A stretch of DNA of 64,000 nucleotides, from positions 90,024,001-90,088,000 of the forward strand of contig CM075977.1 of the NCBI GenBank assembly GCA_038087875.1, given 5' to 3'. Source of the stretch: Malacoraja senta (lineage: Eukaryota). Below are positions 52,428 to 63,885 of the stretch, one piece after another. The translations under genes and the position numbers were made by a program. The stretch's first letter is position 1, and every line of letters begins with the position of its first letter. The notes beneath the pieces were generated by a model. The model had not been told where the DNA came from. It made no database searches and was given only the letters and a program-made list of their open reading frames with translations.

Positions 52428-52978
52428 GTGACTCAGCGGCTCTGGCAGAATGTCTGGAGAACATAGATAGAACCCCCTGCCCCCTTGCTGGCCCTCTGCC
52501 CTCTCCAGACCTTTCTATTTCCAACTGCCAGTGCAACATCAGCAGTCTTGAGTTCTCTACTCCCCTCACCCACTCCAATCTAGGATCAGACTGAAGAACA
52601 GTCCCAACCAGAAATGTCATCTTATCTATCCATGTTCTCCAGAGATGCTGCCTGACCCACTAAGATACTCCAGCACTTTGTGTAAACCTGCATCTGCAAT
52701 TACTAGTTTCTGCATCAAGCATTATACACTAATCCTACCCTAAGCCATTAAATGTGCAGGAAGGAACTGCAGATGCTGGTTTAAACTGAAGATAGACACA
52801 AAATGCTGGAGTAACTCGGGCAGCATCTGGAGAGAAGGAATGGGTGACGTTTCGGGTCAAGAAGAAGGATTGTTTTTTTGGGGTTGGAAGAAGGGTATCG
52901 ATCCGAAACGTTATCCATTCCTTCTCTCCAGAGATGCCCCGCTGAGTTACTCCAGCATTTTGTGTCTATCTTCGTTTT
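52428..52978. mobile_element. Two Penelope-derived mini fold-back elements (~52428-52712 and ~52755-52978)
   Basis: Each has inverted arms acacaaa.tgctggagt.actc... / ...ttactccagca.tttgtgt around hammerhead-like sequence. Confidence 0.78.
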
Positions 52979-53149
52979 AAGCTATTATATTCTTCCTACC
53001 TTCACATCAGCTTCCTCCCCTTTCCTCCTGCCCCCACCACCTCCCAGATACTACATGCATCTACACAGTTGAGTCAATTTAGACTGGCCAATTAAGCCAG
53101 CCAAAGTTCACACTTTTGGTATGAAGGAGATAAAATAGATCTGCATCTC

Positions 53150-53770
53150 CAGTATATGGGGTGGTATAGAAGGCTTTTGGCATGCTGTCTTTCATCAGTC
53201 AGGCAATTGCGTATCGAAGTTGGGATGTTATATTACAGTTATGCAAAACATTGGTGAGGATGTATTTAGATTATTATGATCAGTTTTAATCTCCCTACTG
53301 TCGGAAATATGCCATTAAGCTGGAAATATTGCAGAGAGGATTCATGATGATGTTACCAGAACTAGAGGGCCTGAGCTATAGGGAGAGGTTAGACAGGCTA
53401 GGACTTTAATCCTTGGAGTGCAGGAGGCTGAGGAGTGATTATATAAAATCATGAGGGGAATAGATAGGATGAATTCATCTTTTTCCCAGGTTTGAGGCAT
53501 CAAGAACTGGAAGGTAAAGGTGAGAGGGGAAACATTGAATAGGAAGCTGAGGGACAATATTTTCACACAGAGGGTGGTGGGGATATGGAACAAGCTGTCA
53601 AAAGATGTAGTTGAGACAGGCACAATAACATATGTAATATATTTGGATAGGTACATAGGTAGGAAAGGTTTAGAGGGATGTGGGCCAAGGCAGGCAAAGG
53701 GGACTAGCTTAGATGGGGACCCTTGGTTGTATTGGCAAATTGGGCAAAGGGCCTGTTTCCGTGCTGTACG
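53150..53770 (+). mobile_element. CR1 LINE 3' fragment
   Basis: IFTQRVVGIWNKL motif; tail aagggcctgtttccgtgctgta. Confidence 0.8.
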
Positions 53771-54289
53771 ACCCACGCGGTTCCTGGGGAAAGGTGTAAA
53801 GTCCACGGGGAACATAGGAAGTCGGGATCAAAGCTGGCTTGCTGGAGCTGTTAGGCAGCAGCTCTGCTTGTTGTACTACTGTGTTGTGATGGAGTAGGCA
53901 ATGAGAGGGGTCAGTGACTCGGAGTACAGAGCTGTTGAAGAGAATTACTACTCTCCTTGGCTCCATAGAAAGCTTCAGGATGTGTTTGCTCTGAAGCAAG
54001 CCAGAGGGAGTGAAACAGTGTGGCTTTAGGAGACATTTCCAGCTTTTCTGAAAGCACATCACTCCCTTGAATTAACCAGGAAGTAAAGTCTCATCTGTCA
54101 GTCCACGATGGCATGTCTGAGGGATTAGAATTACTGGGTTTTATGTTCAAACAGGTCAGTTTCACCTGATTTTAATAATACAACATATGTTTGATTAAGC
54201 AAGTGCTAAAAGTTTTTTTTTAAATTGTGAGGATATAATCCAGTCTTAAATCTCGTTGAGCTAGAAATTCTGTTGCTTAGAAGAAGGGA

Positions 54290-54900
54290 GTGGGTGGCAC
54301 AGTAAGTGGAGCTGCTGGCTTGCAGCTCTGCTGATGTGGGTACGACTCTGACTTCTGGTCTTGTCTGCCTAGGGTTAGGAATAGGAATACTTTATTGTCA
54401 CATGTGACTAGGCACAGTGAGATTCTTTGCTTGCATACACAATGTATACAAATAACAGCCACCCACTGTGCTGCCAGAGTTACAAAGCACACCGGCTCCC
54501 CCTTTTGTCCCCCACCCCCAACAGTTTCCCCAAGCTGGGCCCCCATTGTCCATTGTCCACCCCCACCCCTCTTGTCCATTGTTCTTCCCATCCCCCCCTC
54601 ACGGTGGTACTCCACTCTCTCGTTGACCGTGGGTCGACCCGCGAGGCTTCACCACCGCCGAGGCCCCATCATCGCGAGACTCCACCGCTGCTGAAGCCTC
54701 ACCACTGTCGATGCCCCACTTCACGCCTCCGCTGTGCCGACCCGGGCCCCAGCCGCAGGCTCCGTCGGGAAGCCTTCTGGCTAGCACATGGAATTTTTTT
54801 GAGTGGTCTGCTTTCCTCCCACATCCCATGTTGATATGTTAATTTCCCACTGTAAATTGCCCCAAGTGCATTGGTGATAGGATCTGGGGTGATATGAAGG
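54290..54900 (+). mobile_element. Degenerate V-SINE interrupted by a minus-strand Rex-like LINE tail (~54372-54740)
   Basis: ggtggcacagt... start and tttcctcccacatccc core separated by ggaataggaatactttattgtcacatgtg... Confidence 0.5.
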
Positions 54901-55339
54901 GAACATAGAATTCTATGAGCTGGTTATAGATTTCATGAGCAAAAACGGTCTCCTATTTTGAAAGGTAATATATTTTAGTACGGTATTAAAAGGAGCAAGT
55001 GCAGGCCGTTGTCCCTTGTGCCTTCTTTCATCATTCAATAAGGTCATGGTTGATCTTTCACCTCAGCTGCATCTGCCTGCACTAACCCTGGATCCCTTAA
55101 CAACTGCAGTCAAACACATCGCGATGGAAGTTGCCCAGTGATGTACCATTGACAATGCAGCAGTGAAGTCAATGGCACACAGTGCATTTTACAGTTGTTG
55201 TAATATTGTAATGGAAATGTCATAGCCTCAAGCACAAGTGCAGGCTTTCAAAGGTGTAGAACTGCTCCAGCATTATTTAAACGCTCCTCTCTCTATCTGG
55301 GTCACTATTGAGAATGCCAGGAATGACTCCATGAAAAGA

Positions 55340-55530
55340 GGCAAAAGTGCAGGAGTAACTCAACGGGTCAGACAGCATCCCTGGAGAACATGGATAGATG
55401 ACGTTTCCGGGTCGTGACCCTTCTTCAGACTTAACCACCTTTTCCAGAGTTGTTGCCTGACCCACCGAGTTACTCCATCACTTTTTGTCCTTTTGTGTAT
55501 TAACCGGCAACTGCTGTTCGTTGTTTCTTC
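55340..55530. mobile_element. Penelope-derived mini fold-back element
   Basis: ggagtaactcaacgggtcag...gacgtttccgggtcgtgacccttcttcagact...ctgacccaccgagttactcc. Confidence 0.78.
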
Positions 55531-56619
55531 AGGAATGATTCCATGATTTGATTTATTGCTGGGGGAATTGAATATGTGGGAACACAAGAAAATAGGGGCA
55601 GGAATAGGCCACCTAGCCTACCCACCATTCAATATGTTTGTTGCTGATCTACCCTAGGGTTCACCTTGTCCATTGTACCAGATCCCCATTTCTGTAATTA
55701 CTCAATCTTTCAAAATTGTATTTACCTCCACTTGAAATACTTTTGATGATCCAGCCTGTGGGGTGGAGAATTCCAGAGATTCACTACACTGCGAGAAGAA
55801 ATGTATACGCTCCTCCATTTTAAGTGACTGGCTGAGTTGTTCTTGGGTGGAGTACATCCTTGTTTTCTCTATTGCTGGGACCGCCACTTTCCACAACCAC
55901 TATCCTTGAGTGTCATTCCCAGCAGCACAATGTCCTGGTGATCTCGGGCTAGTTGTACACTTTGAGCACGGTGTTTTAGAAAGGAGGTTACATTGCATAG
56001 TTCATGCTTCTATTGCGGGCTTTGCTGCTTACGTTTAGTTTAAATGCAATTGCTAACAGTCGACCTGGGATTCACTATTCTCAGAGGCACGAGGTGTTTC
56101 ACCCTTGAGACTTTGCACAAAACTACCGCAGATCTCTGCTGCACCACTATTTTCACACTCGTTCTTGCACGCAGCAAAATCAAGGGAATTGTGTGTTCAA
56201 GTTATTATTCTGTTTGTGTTGTAAATCGCCAGTTATTTTAATTTTGCTGCAAATATTACACTGAAAAATGTGTTTTGAATCACAAAAGATTCTAATAATC
56301 TTCCATATTAATTGTTGCCACTGAATTTGAAAGCACAGAGATTTTAAGATAAAAGCTGAATGAAAAGTTGATATTGCCTGGAATAAAGAAAAAGGGGTAC
56401 TACTTAGGGCAGTGATGGAAGTACAGTACTGACACTGAATTAACTATTCCTCATTATGGTAGCTAAAGTAACATTACGTGTTTGTTTGGAGATCCAGAAT
56501 GGAAACAGGCCTTTCGGCCCACCAAATCCACGTCGACCATCGATTGCCAATTCACAACATGTTATCCGGCATTCGCATCCACTCCCTACACACTGGGGGC
56601 AATTTAACTAAGGACGTTC

Positions 56620-58088
56620 TTTTAGGAAGGAGATGAAGAGAAATTTCTTTAGCCAGAGGGTGGTGAATCTGTGGAATTCTTTGCCACAGAAGGCTGTGGA
56701 GGCCAAGTCAGTGGATATTTCTAAGGCAGAGATAGATAGATTCTTGATTAGTACAGGTGTCAGAGGTTATGGGGAGGGCAGGAGAATGGGGTTAGGAGGG
56801 AGAGATATATCAGCCATGATTGAATGGCGGAGTAGACTTAATGAGCCGAATGGCCTAATTCTACTCCTATTCCTTATGACCTTACGACAAATCTGCAGTT
56901 GTGTAGGGCTCTTCTGCAGTTGTATAGGGCTCTTCTGCAGTTGTATAGGGCTCTTCTGCAGTTGTATAGGGCTCTGGTAAGACCACATCTGGAGTATTGT
57001 GTATAGTTTTGGTCTCCTAATTTGAGGAAGGACATCCTTGTGATTGAGGCAGTGCAGCGTAGGTTCACGAGATTAATCCCTGGGATGGCGGGACTGTCAT
57101 ATGAGGAAAGATTGAAAAGACTAGGCTTATATTCACTGGAGTTTAGAAGGATGAGGGCGGATCTTTTAGAAACTTATAAAAGGACTGGACAAGCTAGATG
57201 CAGGAAAAATGTTCCCAATGTTGGGCGAGTCCAGAACCAGGAGCCACAGTCTTAGAATAAAGGGGAGGCCATTTAAGACTGAGGTGAGAAAACTTTTCAC
57301 CCAGAGAGTTGTGAATTTTTGGAATTCCCTGCCACAGAGGGCAGTGGAGGCAAAATCACTGGATGGATTTAAGAGGGAGTTAGATAGAGCTCGAGGGGCT
57401 AGTGGAATCAAGGGATATGGGGAGAAGCCAGGCACGGGTTATTGATTGGGGACGATCAGCCATGATCACAATGAATGGCGGTGCTGGCTCGAATGGCGAT
57501 GCTGGCTCGAATGGCGGAATGGCCTCCTCCTGCACCTATATTCTATGTTTCTATGTTTCTAAACCCACACGTCTCTGGGATATGGGAGGACATTGGAGCA
57601 CCTAGAGGTAATCTGTGCAGTCACAGGGGGAATGCGAGGTGAGGATCCAGCCCAGGACTCTGGTGCTGCGAGCGAGCTGCTCGACCAGCTGCACCAGTGT
57701 GCTGCTACGATTTCGACTAGACAGTCAAGACCTGGAGTTTAGAACATCGATAAATAGTCTTGTGGAGCTTAACAAGTCGGAGAGATGGTAGATAGTGAGA
57801 AGTGTCACCCTGATGGAAAAACCTCAACTCTATACAATGTCCCTTAACCTGAGAACCAAACGTACAGAACTCTCGTGAGGAGAAACTTCATTATTTTGAG
57901 GGCTATAGAGGCCAGTTCACTGGATGTTTTCAAGAGAGAGTTAGATTTAGCTCTGAGGGTTAAGGGAATCAAGGGATATGGGGGGGAAAAGCTGGAACGG
58001 GGTACTGATTGTGGATGATCAACCATGATCCTATTGAATGGTGGTGCTGGCTCGAAGGGCCGAATAGCCTGCACCTATATTCTATGTT
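56620..58088 (+). mobile_element. Cluster of CR1 3' fragments (~56620-56885, ~56955-57560, ~57880-58088)
   Basis: FFSQRVVNLWNSLP, EAVQRRFTRLIPGMAGLSYEERLKRLGLYSLEFRR; repeated ctatgtt/ttatga tails. Confidence 0.88.
56892..56975 (+). repeat. 21-bp tandem repeat x4 at the 5' end of a CR1 fragment
   Basis: Unit tctgcagttgtRtagggctct; the last unit runs directly into CR1 sequence ggtaagaccacatctggagtattg. Confidence 0.95.
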
Positions 58089-58328
58089 TACTGCATTCTT
58101 TGCCACAGCGGCTTTGAAAGTGCCAAGAGGATTTATGTATTTTTGTTGTTTGTAGCAATAAAAGGATGTTTTGATTGGGCAGGAAATTGGATGCAATGTG
58201 GTGTCCTCTATACTGGGGGGGGGGGGGGGGTTATTTGCTAAGGGCTTTGTAAAGCATCTACATCCTTTTCTCAAAGCCGTTGTTTCCTTCCAGTCACTTG
58301 TTAGTATATTTCTCTGTTCCACACCCCA

Positions 58329-58545
58329 CCTCCCACAACCGGTCCGAAATTCTGAGTCCCTCACCATCTTCCAGTCCCGCCTCAAGACCCATCTCTTCAC
58401 CTCTGCATACCCTTAGTCCCATGTTCCCCCCCCCCCTCTGTCTTACTGCTCTATTTTGTTTTGTTTATTCCTGACTCTCAATTGTAAAGCGACTTTGAGT
58501 CCTGAAAAGCGCTATATAAATAAAATCTATTATTATTATTATTAT
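58329..58545 (+). mobile_element. Young L2 LINE 3' end
   Basis: Near-identical to 34590-34812 (LTIFQSRLKTHLFTSAYP*, (TAT)n tail). Confidence 0.92.
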
Positions 58546-58835
58546 CTGTCACCTGTGTTCAGTAATTGTGCTCCATGGCATTTATTTCCCGACATTTTAT
58601 TTAGATTGAGGAGGCATTCAACAACTCCATTGATTAGAAGCTTGCCCATCATTGCTATTTAGTATTGGATTATTATTGTCACTTGTACCGAGATACAGTG
58701 AAAACCTTTGTTTTGTGCTATCCAGTCATATATTATACGTGAATATGATCAAGCCAAACAAGTACATTAGAAATACTAGAAATACTGGAATGCAGAATAT
58801 AGCGTTACAGCGTTAAAGTGTTGCACTTACAGAAT

Positions 58836-59160
58836 GGGGGCGGCATGGTGGGGCAGCAGTAGAGTTGCTAACTTACACGCCAGTCCCGGGTTCGATCCTG
58901 ACTGAGTGCTGTCTGTACGGAGCATGTACGTTCTCCCTGTTTCTATGTTTTTTGACTCTTTGCAAGTGATATTTCTGCATTTTCTTTGGACAATAGACAA
59001 TAGACAATAGGTGCAGGAGTAGGCCATTCGGCCCTTCGAGCCAGCACCGCCATTCAATATGATCATGGCTGATCATCCCCAATCAGTACCCCATTCCTGC
59101 CTTCTCCCCATATCCCCTGACTCTGCTATTTTTAAGAGCCCTATCTAGCTCTCTCTTGAA
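58836..59160. mobile_element. V-SINE 5' fragment (+, ~58836-58940) and CR1 tail (-, ~58988-59160)
   Basis: B box gggttcgatcc; (gacaata)n tail followed by ggtgcaggagtaggccattcggcccttcgagcc. Confidence 0.75.
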
Positions 59161-60029
59161 ATCATGCATACACCGAGGATAGGAATGTTTCTGGAGTAGA
59201 CATTTCTTATTAATTGTTTAATTATTCACTACAATTTATCACTGTATGTGATTCAATCCGATCCCTTAACTATAGGATTACTTGGCTGTCTTATTTCATA
59301 AGATCTATTGCACAGCACCTCATATTGCAAATAGATTAGGCCTGCACCACCTCATTATTAGGTTGGTTATGTGCTGCATTCCCCATGGACCAACATGAGG
59401 TTACAGATTGTGACGCTCTACATTTCTGGTGCTTTTGACAGTCCAGAGTGCTTTGCTGATCCCAGATTTATTAAGTCCATCCCATTCAGCACATATTATA
59501 GTGAGGGATGTGGCTTTAGTGTGGAGATGGGACTTTCCGCAAAGATTGGATACAAGGAGGGAATTGTTTAGGACGGGTGGCCTAGACATTATGATGGATC
59601 ATGGTCATTTGGAAGTTAGGATGGTCAGATCAAAGTCCGAACGGCTGAATGGGATGAGGGGATGGATTCACAACTGATAGTCTGGAGTTTGGGAGGGGAT
59701 AGGTCCAGAACTGTTGATTTGGATGTTAAGAGAGCCTTGATATTTGGCTATTTTCAAGTGGATAAACTCATAGTCTAGATATTAACAGAAGATGGGTCGT
59801 AAGTGATAGTGTGCATATTGAAAGGGATGAATTGGGAACTATAGTCTGGACATCAAGAAAGATAGATTGGAGAATTGTGAATGTATGTTTAGAGAGGAGG
59901 ATCAGGTGGAGTGGTCCGGATGTTAACTGTGGATGGAATGGGGAATGTAGATTTTAGCTGTGGATAGAATGGGAATGGGGAATCTTTATGTTAGGTCTGG
60001 AAAGATCAGGAATGAGGAATATTTGTTTA

Positions 60030-60157
60030 TGAAAGAACTGCAGATGCTGGAAAAATCGAAGGTAGACAAAAATGCTGGAGAAACTCAGCGGGTGAGGCAG
60101 CATCTATGGAGCGAAGGAATAGGTGACGTTTCGCGTCGAGACTTTTCTTCAGACTGA
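60030..60157 (-). mobile_element. Penelope terminal fragment
   Basis: gaactgcagatgctgg...gctggagaaactcagcggg...gacgtttcgcgtcgagacttttcttcagactga. Confidence 0.8.
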
Positions 60158-60701
60158 TGAGGAATATGGCTGTTAGAAAGGATGGATCAAGTATAGGTAT
60201 AGGTAGTCCATATATTTTGTAGGGATGGATCATGATCTAGCAATCTTTATTTTATATGGATTGATCGGGGACTATTTGTTTAGGGGAAAGGGAATGCATT
60301 ATGTCAACTTGAATGGACTTTCTGGATATTTGGAAGTCAGATGGATCAGGTACCATTCGCCTTAATGTTTGGAGGCACAGTTTGAGGAAGAATAATCTGC
60401 ATGTTAGAAACAGTTAGATCAGGTACTGTATGAGTGGGTCCCTATATCAGAGGACATGGGTGCAGACTGGCAGCATGGATGTGGTGGGACAACAGAGCTT
60501 CAATCTGATCCCATAACTGTAGGATCACTTAGCTCTGTCTATTTCATGCTGTTTACTGCACAGCACCCCATATTGCAAGATTGGGGAATTAGAACGTATT
60601 GATGCAGGGACTACAGTTTTGATGTGGTGCAGTGGCAGTGGGGGTAAAATTAACCACTCTTTTGATATTTGGAATTTTAGTATATCTCCAGCGAATTGTT
60701 A

Positions 60702-60939
60702 AGGGCCTGTCCTACTTTCACGACCTAATTCACGACCTTTTTTACTCGTGGACATTTTTCATCAGGCTAGAAAAATGCCCCGACCTACTTGATGCCACAA
60801 GTACCTACGACTAGCATCACGACCTACCTACGACCTACCTAAGACCTCCTACGACCTCGTGACGACTATGCTGCGAGTATGAGTCAAGGGCAAACTCGGC
60901 AGAGGTTGTGAATTAAGTTGTGACAGAGGGACAGGCCCT
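60702..60939. mobile_element. PIF/Harbinger-type MITE, TTA TSD
   Basis: TIR agggcctgtcc / ggacaggccct; TTA at 60699-60701 and 60940-60942; internal acgacct repeats. Confidence 0.85.
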
Positions 60940-60998
60940 TTAACTGGCAGATTTGTTGTTAGGATGTGCTGAGGCACGCGCTAGGCCGTGGGTCTTGG

Positions 60999-61343
60999 CA
61001 GGGGTGGAAATCCCGGGGGGGGGGGGAGGCCGGTGGGGACACGTCCCCCCCCATTTGTTTTGAGAGGTGGGGGACGATCCCCCCCCATTTTTTATAATCC
61101 GGATTTTGAAACCCGGTGAAATCTCCGCTTTCCGCGAGACAGTGGGGGTGGGACTGCTGATCGAGGGCGCCGATTGGACGAGAGAGACGTCGGTCAGCAG
61201 GCAATGGGGGCGGGACATGATGATTCAGCGTGATCATTGCAGGAAGGAGGTGTCGGTCAGAGGCGGAAATATGCGCGCGCGGCCGCCAAGAAATGGTGCC
61301 TCCCCCGGTCCCCCCCATATTTTGATAGCGATTTCCGTGCCTG
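60999..61343. mobile_element. hAT-type MITE, shorter member of the 44058 family
   Basis: CAGGGGTGGAAAT ... ATTTCCGTGCCTG; shares aaatctccgctttccgcgagacagtgggggtgggactg...gacgagagagacgtcggtcagcagg with the 44058 copy; flanks ggtcttgg / ggtttgg. Confidence 0.82.
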
Positions 61344-62324
61344 GGTTTGGACTTGGATGATTTCAGGCCCTCTGGTCTGGATTGAGAACAATGGGATTTA
61401 TATTGTTGGGAAGTTGCTGCAATGCAGCAGAGGGCCCAAACGATGCAGACCAGTCATTTGCTTACCTGGCAGGCATCCAGTCAGTGCTCTGGTTGTTAGA
61501 CCACGTTGACCTGGGATTGCTGCCAGGTGGGTAACAGAATATGAAGGGTGCTGCTGGTGCTTCAAGATCCCCTGTAATACTCCAAAAAGTGTGGCAAGGA
61601 TTAGCAGCATCGATGTGTCCCTGGTGTGGAAATTAGTTCCATATCTAAAGAGTGACATGCACCAAGAATTGCCCAGTCAAATTTCCATAGTGAAATGAAA
61701 TAATCCGGAAGAGGTTGGTTATTGTGTTTCACTGTTGGCAATGAACATTTAATTGCATAACATTAGATAACACAAAACAGTGTTAGATTTCACATTTTGT
61801 TTTGCAGGCAAACAACTTCTAATACCACCAGCACAAATTGTGAAACTGATTTCAATAGATTTGATCATTATGGGTCAAAACTGGAAACATTTCAAGTTCA
61901 CTGCAACTAATGACCTTCAGGTCTACACGTTTTGTTCTGTTTTCTGGAGTTGGCTTGTTGTGGACTCTTGAAGTTATATAGCAAACTACTAAATTATAAA
62001 AGTGACTGTGACTGAGTAAGATTACTTTTATTCATTTTTTCAGAAGGCAGGTGCAGTTGGCAAGGCCTTCCCTAATTGCCCACGACAAGTAACAATGAGC
62101 TGCGTTCTTGAGCCACTGCGCTAATTCTGATGAGAATACTTCCACAGTGTTGTTGAGCAGTGAGTTCCAGGGTTTATACCTTGCAACATGAAGGAACAGT
62201 GGTGCATTCCAGGTCAGGGCGGTGTGGAACTTAGAGGAGGCCATACATGTTATGGTGCTACCATGTGCCTCCTGCCCTTGTTGTTGGTGATAGGACCTGG
62301 TGGTGTGAGAAGTGCTGTCAGCTC

Positions 62325-62798
62325 ACCGTTTCGGCTTTGAAGGAAATTACCCGAAATTCGGGAAATTCTGGTTGTCTTCGGGTAATTTTAGGGAAATTAA
62401 ATAATTTCGGGAAATTTCCCGGCCTTCCCCAACTGCGCATGTGCGACTGCCACACCAACTGCACACGCGCGGATACACGGCCCACTGCGCATGCGCGGGG
62501 AGACGCGAAGGGATTTGGGGGGAATTTTTTTTTTGACTATCCATGGCCACGCCTGCGCAGTTGGGGGAGGCGCGTCAGCCGCTTACAATTGAAAATGCCG
62601 CCGGTGACGCGGTAGGGACACAAGATGACGCCATCTCCTTGCGCGAGAGCAGTGGGCCCGGTATCCGCGCGTGTGCAGTTGGGGCGGCAGTCGCACATGC
62701 TCCATTGGAGAAGGCTTAAATTTCAGGAAACACCATCAAATTCCAGGAAATTTGGGAGTCTATTTCAGGAAAAAAAATTGAGATGCGGAAGCACTATG
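62325..62798. mobile_element. CpG-rich fold-back element (probable DNA-transposon MITE) inside an old LINE remnant
   Basis: Inverted arms gcatgtgcgactgcc..ccaactgcacacgcgcggatac / gtatccgcgcgtgtgcagttgg..ggcagtcgcacatgc; repeated ggaaatt motifs on both sides; termini and TSD not resolved. Confidence 0.55.
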
Positions 62799-62884
62799 TT
62801 AGCTCAAAATAAGTAACTGTACCTTTTGTGGTTGATGGATGGGTGGTCAATTAAGCAGTCTGCTTTAGCCTAGATGGTCATATC

Positions 62885-63535
62885 TGTAAGGTGAGAGGGG
62901 AAAGTTTAATGGAGATATGCGTGACCGTTATTTTTACTCAGAGTGGTTGGGGCCTGAAACGTGTTGTCACAGGTGGTGATGGAGACAGATACGATAGTGA
63001 AGCTCAAGAGGCTTTTAGATGGGCACATGGAAGTGCAGAGAACATGTTTAATGGTTTCTTTATCAATGGTTCAATGGTTTATTTGTGGTCACATGTACCT
63101 GGTGCAATGAAATACATTTTTTTGCGTACAGCTCAGCAAGACTCTCCCCGTACATAAGCACAATCGCCCCGGTCAGTACAGAACAGCCCACCGAGTCCAT
63201 ATGCGAGAGGTGCCATGTTGGCACCATTATACATCTGGCCACAAAGGCAGATTGCAGCCGTCGCCTGTATTCCGGTCGTCTCGCGGACCGTCGTCCCTCT
63301 CCATGCCTGGACCTCTTCAGCCTTCGTTCCCTGGGGGGGGTGGGGGGGTCCCACAGGTGACTTTGAGGGCGCGGAAGGTAAGACCCTCTCACCTGGCCCT
63401 TTGTCCAGTGTCCGCCTCAGGGTGATTTGGTTCATGTACAGGCAGATGAGATCAGTTTAATTTGGCATCATATTCGACATAAACATTGTGGGCTAAAGGG
63501 CCCGTTCCTGTACTGTACTGTTTTATATGTTTTGG
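62885..63535. mobile_element. CR1 tail interrupted by a minus-strand Rex-like fragment (~63065-63420)
   Basis: aaggtgagaggggaaag...tttttactcagagtgg CR1 motif; (aatggttc)n followed by tttatttgtggtcacatgtacc. Confidence 0.55.
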
Positions 63536-63574
63536 ATGTATTGAAGTCAAATGTTGAAGTCAGCTGCACTTACA

Positions 63575-63750
63575 TCTGTCATGGGAGGACAGTACTGGAT
63601 AGACAAACAAAAATCATGGATGTCCTCAAAGCTTCCTTGAAGAAGTGCTGCATCTCCACTGACCTCTGGGATCCTCTGGCCCATTTCTGTTCAAAGTGGA
63701 GAAACTGCATTGGGGATGGTATTGAGAACCATGAGGCAATATTTTGAGAA
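63575..63750 (+). mobile_element. RTE (BovB/RTE-1-like) ORF C-terminal remnant
   Basis: DVLKASLKKCCISTDLWDPLAH...SKWRNCI matches the RTE C-terminal pattern KD.LK.SLK......WE.LA.DR..WR. Confidence 0.65.
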
Positions 63751-63774
63751 CACACAGAAACCCGTGTTAGTAAT

Positions 63775-63885
63775 AGGAGGGAACTGCAGATGCTGGTTTA
63801 AACTGATGATAGACACAAAATGCTGGAGTAACTCAGCGGGACAGGCAGCATCTCTGGAGCGAAGGAATGGGTGATGTTTCGGGCA
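63775..63885 (-). mobile_element. Penelope terminal fragment
   Basis: ggaactgcagatgctggtttaaac...gctggagtaactcagcgggacaggcagcatctctggag. Confidence 0.8.

Noticed and set aside
56892-56975. CRISPR-like regular repeat
   Set aside because: Head-to-tail units without spacers, derived from CR1, in a vertebrate genome.
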